A stretch of 64,000 nucleotides of DNA, taken from positions 6,618,626-6,682,625 of the forward strand of contig MU054220.1 of assembly GCA_013239625.1 (NCBI GenBank), in the 5' to 3' direction. The DNA is from Lama guanicoe. Its lineage: Eukaryota. Under the pieces are notes generated by a model, which saw nothing but the letters and a program-made list of their open reading frames with translations, was not told the origin of the DNA and searched no databases. Of this stretch, positions 1 through 11,899 are shown one piece after another (the stretch's first letter is position 1; each line of letters starts with the position of its first letter). Position numbers and translations under genes: made by a program.

Positions 1-444
1 AATGTATCTACTCCCCCTTGCCCTTATGCAGAGTGCCACCAATAACATATTAGTCATATTGTCTAGCTCAGATTTTCCTGGGGACACGTGACACTCATAC
101 TTTAGCTTGTAAGAGCTCACCCACAGGAAAGATGACGGTTTTCAGATTATCAAAATGCAGGAGTCTTCTTTCTACTGCTCTACATTGTGTGTCTGTAATA
201 ATGAGGATGGGAGGGTTGGCGATACATTGTGTGATTTTGAAAAGTCATTTGACTTACCATTTTAAGGTTCTTACCCATCAAATGCGGACTATACATCCTT
301 ATCTATCATGCTTGTGGTTGTAGGATTCAGGTGAGGAATATGCTGAAGTGCAGTAGAAATTGTGTAATATGGACTGTTTGTTATACATGATTATTTAGTA
401 TCTGTGTGATTTTGCTTCTTTTATATCATGGTGATAAAAAGTGT

Positions 445-640
445 GGAAAGTGATATTAGAGAGCTGTGGGTACAACACTTCATTGTATCACTTACTAACT
501 ACATGAGCTTGGGTCATTTGTTTCATTCCTCTGAGACTCAGTTTCCTCATTTGTAAAATGGGCATAAGAATGACCATGGAGGTAATCTGGAGATTTAACT
601 GAAATAATGGATGCAAGTCGTTTTGCCTGACATGGAGCGA
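445..640 (+). mobile_element. MIR SINE fragment
   Basis: MIR core-like CTCTGAGACTCAGTTTCCTCATTTGTAAAATGGG preceded by CACTTACTAACT...CTTGGG; boundaries approximate. Confidence 0.7.
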
Positions 641-1350
641 AGACTGAAATGTTAGACGTTATTATTGACCTGGAAAGTAAGTGGAAAAAATAAGCCTTGA
701 AAGAAACTTCCTTACACAGCAGATTTGAAGACTAGGAGTGACATTTCATGTTTTCAATTAAGAAAATGCCCTCGCCACATCCAGCATCTTGGGGAGACAG
801 GAAAGAGCTGCTTATGATTCAATAACGTAGTCTTTTTACGCATGCTCATGGTGTGGCCTAAGTCTGTAAAGTTCAAGAGCCTTGAGGATTTGAGTTTCTC
901 TTCCTAGGACCCACCTATTTGGGATCCAAGTCAACCTGAGAGAATCAGGTTCTTCTATGTCCCTTTCAGGCACTGATGAAATGAAAGAAGATGCAGCTCA
1001 ACCCTGTCAAACTGAATTAAACCCTTTCCTTTGTATTCCTTCTCATCATGCCAAAAGGTTCTACTCTTGTAGCATCTTTTTGGGTTTCAATCAGGCTTGC
1101 AGAAAACAAAGCAGCAAAAAAACAGGTGGCAATAGTTCATTGGAATGCAAAGGTGCAAACTAGGGACTCCTTTTATTTGGTAATTGTTTCAGGGTTCTCA
1201 ATTACCAGCCATGCCAATTAGAGCAAGATGAATGTCTTTCCATGTGGTGAGAACAGAAAGACAGCTGCTCATTTACTACTGGTCATTTGTGTCCGTGATT
1301 TGTCTGAGATTTTTTCATCTATTATTTCACCCAGGGAAGAAACATTTAAC

Positions 1351-1381
<31 letters not shown>

Positions 1382-1401
1382 AGAAGAAGAAGAAGAAGAA
1401 G
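1351..1401 (+). repeat. A29 run grading into (AAG)n microsatellite
   Basis: 29 A (1351-1379) followed directly by G(AAG)7. Confidence 0.95.
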
Positions 1402-2269
1402 GTATCCCTGTGACTGACACAAATTGCCATGTGAAATATGGGTCAGCATGCAACTGTGACTATTATTCTATTGCCCATCAGCAAACAGGAGATTTCATTA
1501 CAGCACAGCTCCCTGAAGATCTAAGAGAAAAATGATGTGGGTGAACCACAGAGAAATATTAGAGAGAAGGTGATGAAAAAGGGAGCTTTGGGGAGGTGGA
1601 GAGAGCAGAGTTGCGGCAAGGAAATGTGCATTAGACAGTGAATTATGCTTCAATTTTAATCGTTCCACCTACACTCCTTCTGGTCTCTCCATGTGGCTCA
1701 TTTTTGCTCTGACTTTTAAGTTAAGTAACTTGAAAGTATAAATTGGAGAGAATTTTGTTTGGGGGAGGGACTTAAAGTTAGGTGCCTGTATGGGGACTCA
1801 GAGGTCAGATTTAGGTGATTTCGGGTGATTTCATGTTATCAGCTGACAAACAGGCCTTTGAGTAAGTTCTTGCTCTGTAGGTGCCACACCTGTTTCCCAT
1901 CCCTATGGAAGGTCTTTGGCTCCGTTTACCAGCATTGTAGCTGCAGTTCAGGACCTGGGTATTTCAGAAACCCAACAGGTTTGCTCTCATTTGGCAAAGC
2001 TTTATCATCATGGAGCCAGTTGCCTGTTCTGTATCAAGAAGGAGACATTCAAAATACAAAAAGGTTAACAAATACACTCTTAGAGTTGTAGACCCTTTTA
2101 GTTGGAATAGGATTGCATTTCTTTCCCTTCTTCCTTTTCCCTTTAATTTTGGGATCTGTGCTAGAGAATTTAGGTGCATAAATTCTTGTCAGCAGATTTT
2201 GATTTGGGAAATTTGTCTTTAGCACATGCGGTTGTAGGAGACCAACACATCAGACCTGTACCAATTTCA

Positions 2270-2452
2270 GAAGTGTGCATATATGTGCCATATACTGTAC
2301 ATATGGCCATATTTGTGAGAATATACCTGTATGTATTTGTGAGCACGTGTGAATGTTGAGTGTGAATGCACAAGTGTGTGAGAATGTGAGTGTGCACAGT
2401 GTAAGTACTGTACGTGTGAGTTGTGTGTATGTGTATGAGCATGTGCGCATAT
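2270..2452. repeat. degenerate (TG/TA)n low-complexity tract
   Basis: mostly alternating purine-pyrimidine GTGT/ATGT/GTGA units. Confidence 0.75.
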
Positions 2453-2704
2453 CTGATCTGAGATTACGATTTGGCCACTGACTGACTGTGACTTCTCTCA
2501 GCTTGTAATCATCATGTGACCTAATGCATGTGATAGTGCTTTGTGGAATCTACAGTGCTGTACAAGTCAATTTCATTCTTATAGCTACCTACATAAAACA
2601 CACCATTTTAACTTAAGAATGGAACACTTCTGCAAGCCAATCAGCATAGTGTCTGGATATCTTTATGTCTGCATGTGGTCAGTAAATCCACTTTAAAATA
2701 TTTA

Positions 2705-2759
2705 TAGCTAGCTAGCTAGCTAGCCAGAGATATTTTATACACACACACACACACACACA
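2705..2759. repeat. (TAGC)5 and (AC)10 microsatellites
   Basis: direct reading: 2705-2724 and 2739-2758. Confidence 0.9.
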
Positions 2760-3131
2760 AGTATACATGAAACAGAACTTTTATATCCTTTCTGTCATTC
2801 CTAATTCATGAGCTTTCCTTTCCCAGTCATTCTGAAAAGGCCATTACCATTACCAAGGCTAATACCATTCAAAACAAGCTCCTTTGCCTATTCCTTATCC
2901 CCTTACCCCCTGACTTGGCACCAATAACTGTAGCTATTCTTGCTAAGGATTTCCTGTTAATATTTTGAAGTTTTAGAGCAAGATACTTTTCTCTGTGCAG
3001 AAAACTGGGAAGAGAAAGTCGCTTCTGCGTCTATGACAGTGTTTCAAATGGAATGGTTCTCATTTCCCAAAACTTACTCGATGAAACGTTCCAGGAAATC
3101 ACATCCATCTTGTAGGTGACCTCTTGGATTC

Positions 3132-3505
3132 TGTTAAAAGATAAACTGAGGCCTGTTAAACATTTTAAGAGTCTATCTGAGCAAGAATCAAATCGAATAG
3201 GGAAGCATCCGAGCTAGCAGATAGAAAAGAGGAGATGTACACAATGAAAGACTTATAGGCAGAAGGGAGCAGCAACAGGGAAGTTACGCTAGACCAAAAA
3301 GCTGGCTGGTTACTTCAAGGTATCCTTTGGATTACAGCAGGGGTCTGCCAGGCCGATTATCTCACCAGTGCTGATCAGGTGGTTCCTGATTGACTGGCTG
3401 AAGGTTCCATTTCTGGAAGAATCGAAACTATAACTGAGCCTCAGTTTGGTGACGTGGGGCTTAGCATTAGCATTTGCATTTGGGACTGTTTTCTTGTTTT
3501 TAGCA
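3132..3505 (-). mobile_element. ERV1-type solo LTR (374 bp)
   Basis: TG...CA ends with imperfect terminal inverted repeat TGTTAAAA/TTTTAGCA; perfect 4-bp TSD ATTC (3128-3131, 3506-3509); TATA-like and decayed polyA-like motifs on the minus strand. Confidence 0.8.
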
Positions 3506-4599
3506 ATTCTAAAACAAATTCTTTCAAAAGCAATCCTTTTAGTGGGATTAAAAACTTCCCCTAGTTTTAATGTATCTTTACAACCCAGGAGGTGTTAAAT
3601 ATGTCTGCACAGAACGTGGATAGACTTGCTATGGGTCATGTGTAGCTCACTCTAAATAAAATAAATAAATACATAGATAAATCAATACGTACAATTTTAA
3701 ACAAGGGAGAGGTTCCAGCTTCTTAGAAGATTGTGTAGCTTCAAGGGTCCTTAAATACCCAAGACGGTTCTTGTATATTTAATCAGATGAAATACTTTGA
3801 ATTGAGTTGAGTCAATATTGAACCCTCTGATTCTCTAAAATGTCACACTTTGTGTAAATTGGAGGTGTTTAGAAAGAAGGTGGCAAGCCGTGTTTGTACT
3901 TTTAGTTTCCGGTTGGGAAGTCTTTCATCACCAGCCTGAAGCCTCTCTCTCTTCTTGAACTCCCTTTTCATGGCTGGAGTATGGAGGCTGCGGAGTCTGA
4001 CTGGAGACCGTGGTCCAAGGGAGCAGCTGCAGCGAGACGCGTGTTTCAGCTGAGAATCGACATTGAGAGAGTGCCACTCAGTTTTAAGCTCAATGTGAAT
4101 TCAGTCAGCATTCCTCTGAACCTTCAATTAGTTCTTTGCTTTATATAAAGCCCTTGTTACGTGGGTGTGTGTGCATGTATAGGTGTGTATACACGTCTAT
4201 ACACATAATTTAAGAAACTCAGCGTTTGAAGGATCTAAGACATCTCAGGACTCTGCGTAGAGTAGACGTTCAGTAGATATTTTCCTGTTGTCTGACTCTC
4301 CCCATTGCTTTAAACTTTGGGGAGGATATACATTCTTTTGAAAATCTGATGAAACTATTTGTATGAAAAATCACTGATGAACGCATGAACAGGTTTACGT
4401 GAAATGCCCAGGAAATTAAAGATCTGCTAAAGACTATTGTGGATACACAGAGATTACTCCAGGTACACCTCCACGAACCAGTTCAGTGCCTTTTCTGCAC
4501 AAGCAGAAACTGAGACCAAGAGGTCGAATGAGTCAAGGAGGCCTGGTGTAAAATACTAGGGAACGGTGAGCCCTGTGGCACTGAAAACAATAACCCTTC

Positions 4600-4830
4600 T
4601 CAGGGGGTCCTTTATTCCAGTCCAGCCAATGTTTGGCAGGTAGGAAACAGGCCCAGGGGTGTCAGAGCTCCTGATATATCAAGGGAAGCCTAAGAAAATA
4701 TTTGTTTAGATATAAAATGTCTTAACTTTAATAGTGACAACTAATTCCAATTATTTTAAACATATGGAAGTGGGCAGGATAACTATCCTAACAGCCTATT
4801 TCTGGTTATAACCCAACAGTTTATCTTTCT
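4600..4830 (+). mobile_element. MER102-like hAT DNA transposon relic
   Basis: CAAGGGAAGCC...TTTAATAGTGACAACTAATTC resembles the MER102 interior; recognised from memory only. Confidence 0.4.
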
Positions 4831-6052
4831 TTCAAATACTGTATTTCATCTATGTCCAGATTGTTCCATTCATGTTGCAAATACTCATTAAGCTCTGTAA
4901 AAAAGTTTACACTTTTTCTTTATAGATACTTTTATATTTATAGATGTCTACAAGACTGTGTGATATTCCTGTCTTAATTCAGGAATCTTAGTGCATAATA
5001 GACAAAAAAGTTCACGCAGACGTTTATGTGGAGAAAACACTTAGTGATATGGAATAAAAACAGCGTTGTGGCTCCTCCGATGGTTCGCTGAATTGCTGTC
5101 ATGTTAACCAGCACGACCCGGCAGGCAGCAGGGGTAGACCTCCTGTAAAGTCTACATGTGTTCTCCCTTTGTCTGGTCTGAAGTCTCACTTTACACAGTT
5201 AATTGATTTGGTGGTGGAACTGAGGAGGAATACATGCTCCTGGGGCTGTGTGAGGACCTATGGAGACAGACTTGACCTCAAAAGAAAAAAAAAGAAAAGA
5301 AAAAGAAAAAAGAATTGAATTACCTTCAGTTCTCCTTCTTTCTTTTAACTACTCCTTAGTATGACAATCCCACAGTACTTGCAAATCCCCTCTAGCCAGA
5401 GTTTTCACAATAATAGTAGTGTCCAGGAATCATTCTACAAATACAAATATCCAATTCATTCACATTTTAAAACTGGCAGAATATGTTTAAATTCAACTTT
5501 GTAATGCCTGCCCTATGTATAAAATTTAAACAGGTATTTATGAATGGAATTTCTTTGTGTGGAATGAATGTATGTACACACGTGTGTGTGTGCACGTGCA
5601 CATGTGCATATTTCCTTCATGAATGTAAGTGGATGCGTGCATTTCTTACCTTGTTTTCCTGAGTTGATAAACTTGAACTTGGCGCCTGCAATCTCCCAAT
5701 ATCCATATGGCCAAAGGTTTGACTTTATGTTACCTCTTCGTTTTGATTCCATCTCATGAGAACAAACTGCCTCTCACCTTGTGGAGTCCCAGCAGTGCCA
5801 GACTTAGGAGCAGACAGCAGGAAAACTTCCCGCTGAAATTAGAAGGGTTGGGGGAGGCAAATAAAAGAGAAACAAGACTAAGGAATGAACTCACCCAGGG
5901 ATTTTAGAACCTGATGGGAAATTAGCATTAGAAATGTAAATGAGGTTAGGGAAATTTAGAGGATTAACTGGCTTACAGGGATTTATATAAAAATAAAGAG
6001 AAGATCACTGAAACCCTTTGGGATCTCTATCCCCTCAACAGAATGGTTTTGT

Positions 6053-6097
<45 letters not shown>

Positions 6098-6173
6098 TGG
6101 CTTTGCTGCTACTTCTGTTTTGTAAGCATTGGACTAAATTGCTCTTGGAGCCTGTGTTTGCTTTCTTCCTCAG

Positions 6174-6204
6174 CGCGCCACCTATGGCCCGAGGCTGACA
6201 CTCG
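6174..6204 (+). other. candidate 31-nt cassette exon (copy 1)
   Basis: acceptor-like TGTGTTTGCTTTCTTCCTCAG, CpG-rich body CGCGCCACCTATGGCCCGAGGCTGACACTCG, donor G|GTAAGC; no host gene identified. Confidence 0.35.
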
Positions 6205-6298
6205 GTAAGCTTGCCTGCCCAATTTGCAATGTTGTAATTTACATTGTTATTAATGTGATGGGCTGGAATCCAAGGAGAAAGGGGATTTATTGTGCGTG

Positions 6299-6345
<47 letters not shown>

Positions 6346-6421
6346 TGGCTTTGCTGCTACTTCTGATTTGTAAGCATTGGACTAAATTGCTCTTGGAGCC
6401 TGTGTTTGCTTTCTTCCTCAG

Positions 6422-6452
6422 CGCGCCACCTATGGCCCGAGGCTGACACTCG
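6422..6452 (+). other. candidate 31-nt cassette exon (duplicated copy 2)
   Basis: identical to 6174-6204 including both splice-site-like flanks. Confidence 0.3.
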
Positions 6453-6749
6453 GTAAGCTTGCCTGCCCAATTTGCAATGTTGTAATTTACATTGTTATTA
6501 ATGTGATGGGCTGGAATCCAAGGAGAAAGGGGATTTACAGCCCTTCCAACCTTTTCAGATTTTCTAATAACCTGAAATACAGACCCTATATTAGAAATAA
6601 TCATTTTTCTGTATAGTTCATCTCTGGTGGTGGCTAGACATGTTTTCCAGAGCTGGCTGTTCTTTAGTCATGGGCAAGTGCGTGAGGTTGAAGAATTGTT
6701 GAGCTTTGGAATATATTGTCTAAAAAAAATTTAAACCACCAAAAAGTAG

Positions 6750-6850
6750 GAAAATTCATGTGAGCATCAACCTGGACAATCTGTAGTAATTTCAGTGCTG
6801 TAACAGAGACGTCTCTGGTAAAGCAGGAGGAAGTGGTCACCCTATGTATA
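6750..6850 (+). mobile_element. possible CR1/L3 LINE relic
   Basis: AAAATTCATGTGAGC (KLNMS-like) and AGCAGGAGGAAGTGGTCACCCTATGTAT (SREVIVPLY-like) in the expected order. Confidence 0.3.
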
Positions 6851-8564
6851 AGTCCCGAGAACCTGGAGTGAAGGTGCAGTGACTCTGTTGAGATGCAGCC
6901 CAGCTCAATCCTTCCCCTAATCTGTACATAACGTCATGAGTGTCTACGCTCTAACAACTGCCTCAGTGCACTAGAGTGTGTCTTGCTTCTCTGCTCAGTG
7001 CATAAACTTACCTGAGACCCTAATTGATGTAGCTCACTGTCTCTCCTTGAGGTTGAGGTTTGTTTACTGCTTCCGTGTTCTAATTTTTCAGACCAATTTC
7101 ACTCTCACTAACCTCTGAAAAGACCTCACAATAGCCAGTCTTCCCCATGAGGACTTCAACAAGCATAACGATCCAGGTAGGTCTCGCTCTCATCCTTTGA
7201 GTAGACCTAGGTTGACTGGATAATCATCAGAAGGCAGCTCTGACTAGAACAGAGAACAACAATGAAGTATGTCAAAAACAGATCCTTCTATTTAAAAAGC
7301 CTGCTAGTCACATTTCATGGAATCAAGTAATTATGTGTATTTTTTTCTAATCCAAAGGACAGGAATTGCTTTTATAAAGTGTGAATGTTTATGCAAAATG
7401 ATGTTACCTGTATATTGATTGTGACTGAGTGGTAATACTCTAATAGTCTACTTTGATGAACAAAATGGAATTATCTTCATAAATACTTAATTAAAATGAG
7501 TAAAACAAATCCATTAGCCACAACTAATTTAAATTATAACAGATGTGAAAACTTATTGCAATGCATTATTATGTTTTTCTTTTTTCAATTACTAAATGAT
7601 GAGTGACATCTAATATATATTGAATTAAAAGAACTGTGCTTTCTTCATGAGCTAGATTATTTTCAACATTAGAATATTAACATACTTGTACTATAAAATG
7701 GCTTTGGATTTGTCAGACCTATTGATAAGCTATTTTTGGAAATTATGATGAACGATTTCAAAGATTCTATTGCTAGCGGACAATATTGCAACTTTTATGA
7801 TGCAATTTTTATCATAATGCAAATGTTAAAAAATTAACTTAATAAAATCACCTGCAGCTGAAGATTTCAATCAAAACTTTCTTTCTTAGGGTATATCAGG
7901 AACTCTCAGTTTGGAATAAGATTTTCAAGTCTGTTTTAGGGATCATATAGTTAAGGGGTGTTAACTGCGTAATAGAGGAGGAAAGTCTAACAGATTTAGG
8001 TGCTTCCCAGAATCATGATGTATGTTACTTCAACCTGAAGACCTAGCTCTAGAGAGTCTTACTCAGTAATGTGAATCAAGCCTGAGTTATCTCATCCATG
8101 CTACCTGAGCAGAGGTTCTAAAATTAATTTCCTGCAGAAGACTTGGGATTTTTGAGTCTGGGATTAACCTATAGATAATTATAAGACCATCAGGCTGTGT
8201 CTTTCTCCCAAACTCCCATTGCATGCTTAGGGTATTTTTCTCTTGTGTTTAGTCCCTGGTTTTCTGCTATAATCAGAGACCTTTCTTGACCCCCAGTTTA
8301 ACTGGGGATCTGACAGCCTACCTAATCCTTGAACCATTTTGCTCACAAGGAGGTTTTCTGGAAGCATGAGTTTTATCTTTTACCTTGATGAGCTTTTCTA
8401 ACCAAACTTATGAAGGTACAACCCACCAGGGTTGTATCACCTTTGCCAGGGGATGGTTTCTGGCAGTGTGGATAACCGATTTGGATAACAATCTGACTTA
8501 TTCTGCCTTTTCTAGAACTTGGCTTCTTTTACTGCTAGCCTTCCAAATTGAGGTGCATCTCCAT

Positions 8565-8823
8565 AGCCAATTGTTAGACTGGGAAAAAGCTTCGTGGGCA
8601 GATCCAATATATTGCACCTTTAAAATCAATAGTAAAATTGAATACATTACATTAGGGAAATTGGCCACTGAAATAGTCAAGTAGGTACTGAGGGGGCAGT
8701 GGACATGGGGCAGTGGGCATATCTCAGTGGTAGAGCACCTGCTTAGCATGCACGAGGTCCAGGGTTCAATTTACAGAACCTCCATTAAAAAAAATACTTA
8801 AAAAAATCAAAAAGAAGAAGGCA
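8565..8823 (+). repeat. inverted-repeat arm A (unique flank + SINE), partner at 22085-22331
   Basis: exact blocks: 8604-8634 = revcomp of 22260-22290 (31 nt); 8648-8679 = revcomp of 22220-22251 (32 nt); shared SINE diagnostic bases. Confidence 0.9.
8692..8815 (+). mobile_element. tRNA-Ala-derived camelid SINE (Vic-1-like)
   Basis: A box CTCAGTGGTAGAGC, TGCTTAGCATGCACGAGGTCC, B box GGGTTCAAT, A-rich tail; 15-nt head is tandemly doubled. Confidence 0.88.
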
Positions 8824-8939
8824 AAACATTTTGCCTGGTCTTAATTTTCTCTCTTCCTACAGTATTTAGTGAGTACCCATTACTAAGCACACACTTAGGC
8901 TACCAAAATGAACCTAGAACGGTTGATCTTGTGGTAAGC

Positions 8940-9145
8940 AGCTGTGGTGGGCAGAGTCATACATCCAGAGTTCCTGAGTTATGATTTAGATCTGTGAATT
9001 GTTAGCTGTATAAACGTGTCAAGTCATTTAAACTCTTTGCAGCGTTTTCCTCCTGTTTGAAGAATAACCCCTAGGGAGTTTGTTTTGTAGGTTAAATGAA
9101 GTAAAACCCGTAAGTAGTCCTTTGTAATCTCTAAAGCATTCAGTG
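8940..9145 (+). mobile_element. MIR-family SINE fragment
   Basis: TTAGCTGTATAAACGTGTCAAGTCATTTAAACTCT...GTTTTCCTC...TGTAGGTTAAATGAAGTAA. Confidence 0.55.
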
Positions 9146-9267
9146 TTATCTTTCTTATTTAGCAAGGATATTGTAAATACCCACAGTAGTGTAAGCATTA
9201 TGCTAGTGCTTGCCATACAGAAATGAGATGACGTGAGCACAACCCAAAGATAATTTATAGTCCAGAA

Positions 9268-10020
9268 TGCTAAAGAAGAGTAGGTTCTTGTCTCGTCACA
9301 GAAAGAATTCAGAGACGGAACACAAAGGTCAAGAAAGTAAAGTGAGGATTTACAAGTGTTAGTACACTCCTAAGGGGAGAGTGGGCAGACTAGGTGAGTA
9401 GCTGCCCTGAGTTCTTTTGCTAAGCTAGTTTTATGGGGGGTAAAATGAATGGGCAGAATACTCATTGGGGAGAGAAGAATTTGGGGCCATATTTCCTGAT
9501 TGTCACCTCAGCTCCACCTTCCTGAGGGGAGGAGGAATTTTGTCCTTATTTAGTCTTGATCAGAAGTGTCATGGGGGAGGGTATAGCTCAAGTGGTAGAG
9601 TGCATGCTTAGCGTGCATGAGGTTCTGGGTTCGAGCTCCAGTACCTCTTCTAAGGATAAACAAATAAATAAGCCTAATTACCACCTCCCCCCAAAAAAAC
9701 TTTAAAAAACTTTTTAATAAGTGTCATGGCATTGGTGCATGATGTGTACGTCTAACCTGCAAGGCTAATTTTACTGTAATGAGGGCATAATGAGTAAAAG
9801 GATTCATTCGGATACTGGAAATTCCTGCCTTATCCCACTTTCTTGGTCTGCCTCCAGGACACTTGTCAACCCAAAATGTGTGATTCCTTACCAGTCTGGA
9901 GGTTCCTGCTTTTCTTTGTCTGCCCAAGGACCCCCATTGTTCCCAAGATGGATGGTTTCCTGTAATTTGGCTTGTGGCCACCTTTCTCTGCTCGTATCTT
10001 GCTACCTGCCTGCTCTAACA
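9268..10020 (-). mobile_element. ERV1-type solo LTR interrupted by a SINE
   Basis: termini TGCTAAAG...CTCTAACA; U5-like GGTTCTTGTCTCG...AAGAATTCAGAG; minus-strand TATA-like CCCATAAAA; TSD not cleanly retained. Confidence 0.7.
9574..9718 (+). mobile_element. tRNA-Ala-derived camelid SINE (Vic-1-like), full length
   Basis: GGGGAGGGTATAGCTCAAGTGGTAGAGTGCATGCTTAGC...GGGTTCGA...CCTAATTACCACCTCCCC plus A tail; TSD AAGTGTCATG(G) at 9564-9574 and 9719-9729. Confidence 0.93.
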
Positions 10021-11329
10021 GGAGGGAAAGCAGAATGGTGGCAGTGTGGTTCAATATCAGTAGTGGAGGCTTCTGTAGTCACTGTGGGCCATTGCTTGAT
10101 CTTTAGCCTCTGCAGGAAGACTGTGCAAATACCTACCAGTCATTTTCAATAGCATCATCTTCAGGTAGGGAGTCCTTCAGCCCCAAGGAGTCTTGTGAAA
10201 GTAATAACATCATTTTCCTTAAAAGCTACTTGGTTTGAGTCATACATTGGACAAAGTTCTACATTGGTAATTTATACCAATGTGTCTTACATTCTCTTCA
10301 GCAGGCCTAATTAAAGTGAGATAAGGAAAAAGCAAGGGGATAGCATAGGTTTTCCAAAGTCAGAAAAGTTTTAGGAATGCAAATGCATTTTTAAGTGCAT
10401 TTAAACCTAATAGCTGGTGCCATAGATAATGAGAGTTTTAAAATTTAGAAATATGAGAATTTACATACATATATGCATATATATACATATAGCCCCAGAA
10501 ATGTCTATAAACATACATACACACACGTACAGACACTTTTTTCTTTTTCTTTTATTCTGATGCCCGTCTTATTCCAAGTATTCTTTGCAAACAGAATTTA
10601 AGCTAGAAATTCGCCTTGGAATCATACGTGATGATAGAAAACCAGGTCTACTATTTGAAGGGCTTCCCCAAGGGACTAATGGTTTAGCTACTCAATCTAC
10701 ATCTGCTTGGTGTTTGTGATGGTGTTTGATGGTGACGAAGAGGTTGTGATCGTCACTTCAGCGTGTTCTGTGACTTTTGGTTGGAGAATTACACAGCGTG
10801 TTTGGTACCGTGAAAAGCTTCCTCCCGCCGTTCTATCTAGGCTTTTGATACAATGAAAGGAGGTCAGTCCCTCAGGGTATCATTGAGGGTTATGATACAG
10901 GCCTGAACATGATCCAATGCAGTATTTCAGAAGCCTGGAGGATTCCTTTTGAGGCTGCTTTGCACGGAGTGACTCTCCTATTTTCTCCCTGAGGTTCAAT
11001 ATTTCAACTCAGTTCTCTTGAGGAATCACTGCACACCTAGCACAGCTCGGCATGCAAAAATAATGAAATGAAAACTTTAGAAAGGGTGTCTTACTGTTTT
11101 CTGCATAGCGCTGCCTTTTTTCACTGCTGTGCTTTCCATATTTTAAATTAATGGTATTAATAGCTATTTATTGCAGACATTAATTATGCATGTTTTATAT
11201 CCTTTGTGATACATGGTGATTTTAGAAGATGAGTGTTGAGTTGTGAAAATACATACTGTTTTGTTTCTTGGTGTTGTTTCCTTTATGTTCTTTTTCACCT
11301 CCTCCAGTAACCCTCCTTCTGTTCATAGC

Positions 11330-11672
11330 TTGGAAAACCCCTACTTGTTCTCAAGAATCTTTTTTCTCAGGAACCCATTTCAGTCCTTTCTTCCTAACCA
11401 AGTTTGGGTGGTATGACCTTCCTCTGTTCCCAGAGCACCCCATCCTTACCAACATCATCTATTCTTCTCTTTATTCATCACGTTCTTCCCACAAACATAG
11501 ATTAAGTGCTTACAATGACCTAGAATATTCTATATTGAAATTACCTGTTTATGGTAGTCTCCCCCACTGTTTTATAAGTGTCTTCCATGCAGGGATCAGG
11601 TCTGATTTATTTTCTAATCCCTGGGTACCAAACCAATTCTAGGGACAGTAGAGGCTTAACAAATGTTTGCTG
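11330..11672 (+). mobile_element. L2 LINE 3' end
   Basis: GTCTCCCCCACTG...CTTCCATGCAGGGATCAGGTCTGATTTATT...ACAGTAGAGGCTTAACAAATGTTTGCTG, typical L2 terminus. Confidence 0.65.
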
Positions 11673-11899
11673 TACAGAGTCACTGATAGTAGCAGTGGGG
11701 TAGTTTTATCAAAGCTAATCTAATTACCAGGGTAAATGAGCCAATGTACTATGTTGTACTATTAAATCATTTGATCATTATGATTTGTAAATATAGTTAT
11801 ATTCAAAATTATACTCTGTGCTTTCTCTAAATAAGAAGTATGTGTACCACAGAAAGCTAAAGTTGAAAATGGTAGCAACCTACATGAAAAGGCTAATGT

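Larger units (their letters stand above)
6055..6537 (+). repeat. tandem duplication, 248-bp period, each unit headed by (GT)n
   Basis: unique parts 6097-6289 and 6345-6537 differ by one substitution (CTGTTTTG vs CTGATTTG); each is preceded by about 21-22 GT units. Confidence 0.95.

Noticed and set aside
1228..1417. Lys/Arg-rich ORFs (also Phe-rich and Cys-Val ORFs at 21429, 23761, 46597, 6255)
   Set aside because: Translations of homopolymers and microsatellites.
8707..8785. tRNA-Ala(AGC) genes at 8.7, 9.6 and 22.1 kb
   Set aside because: A-rich tails, TSDs and disrupted acceptor stems identify them as tRNA-derived SINEs, not functional tRNAs.
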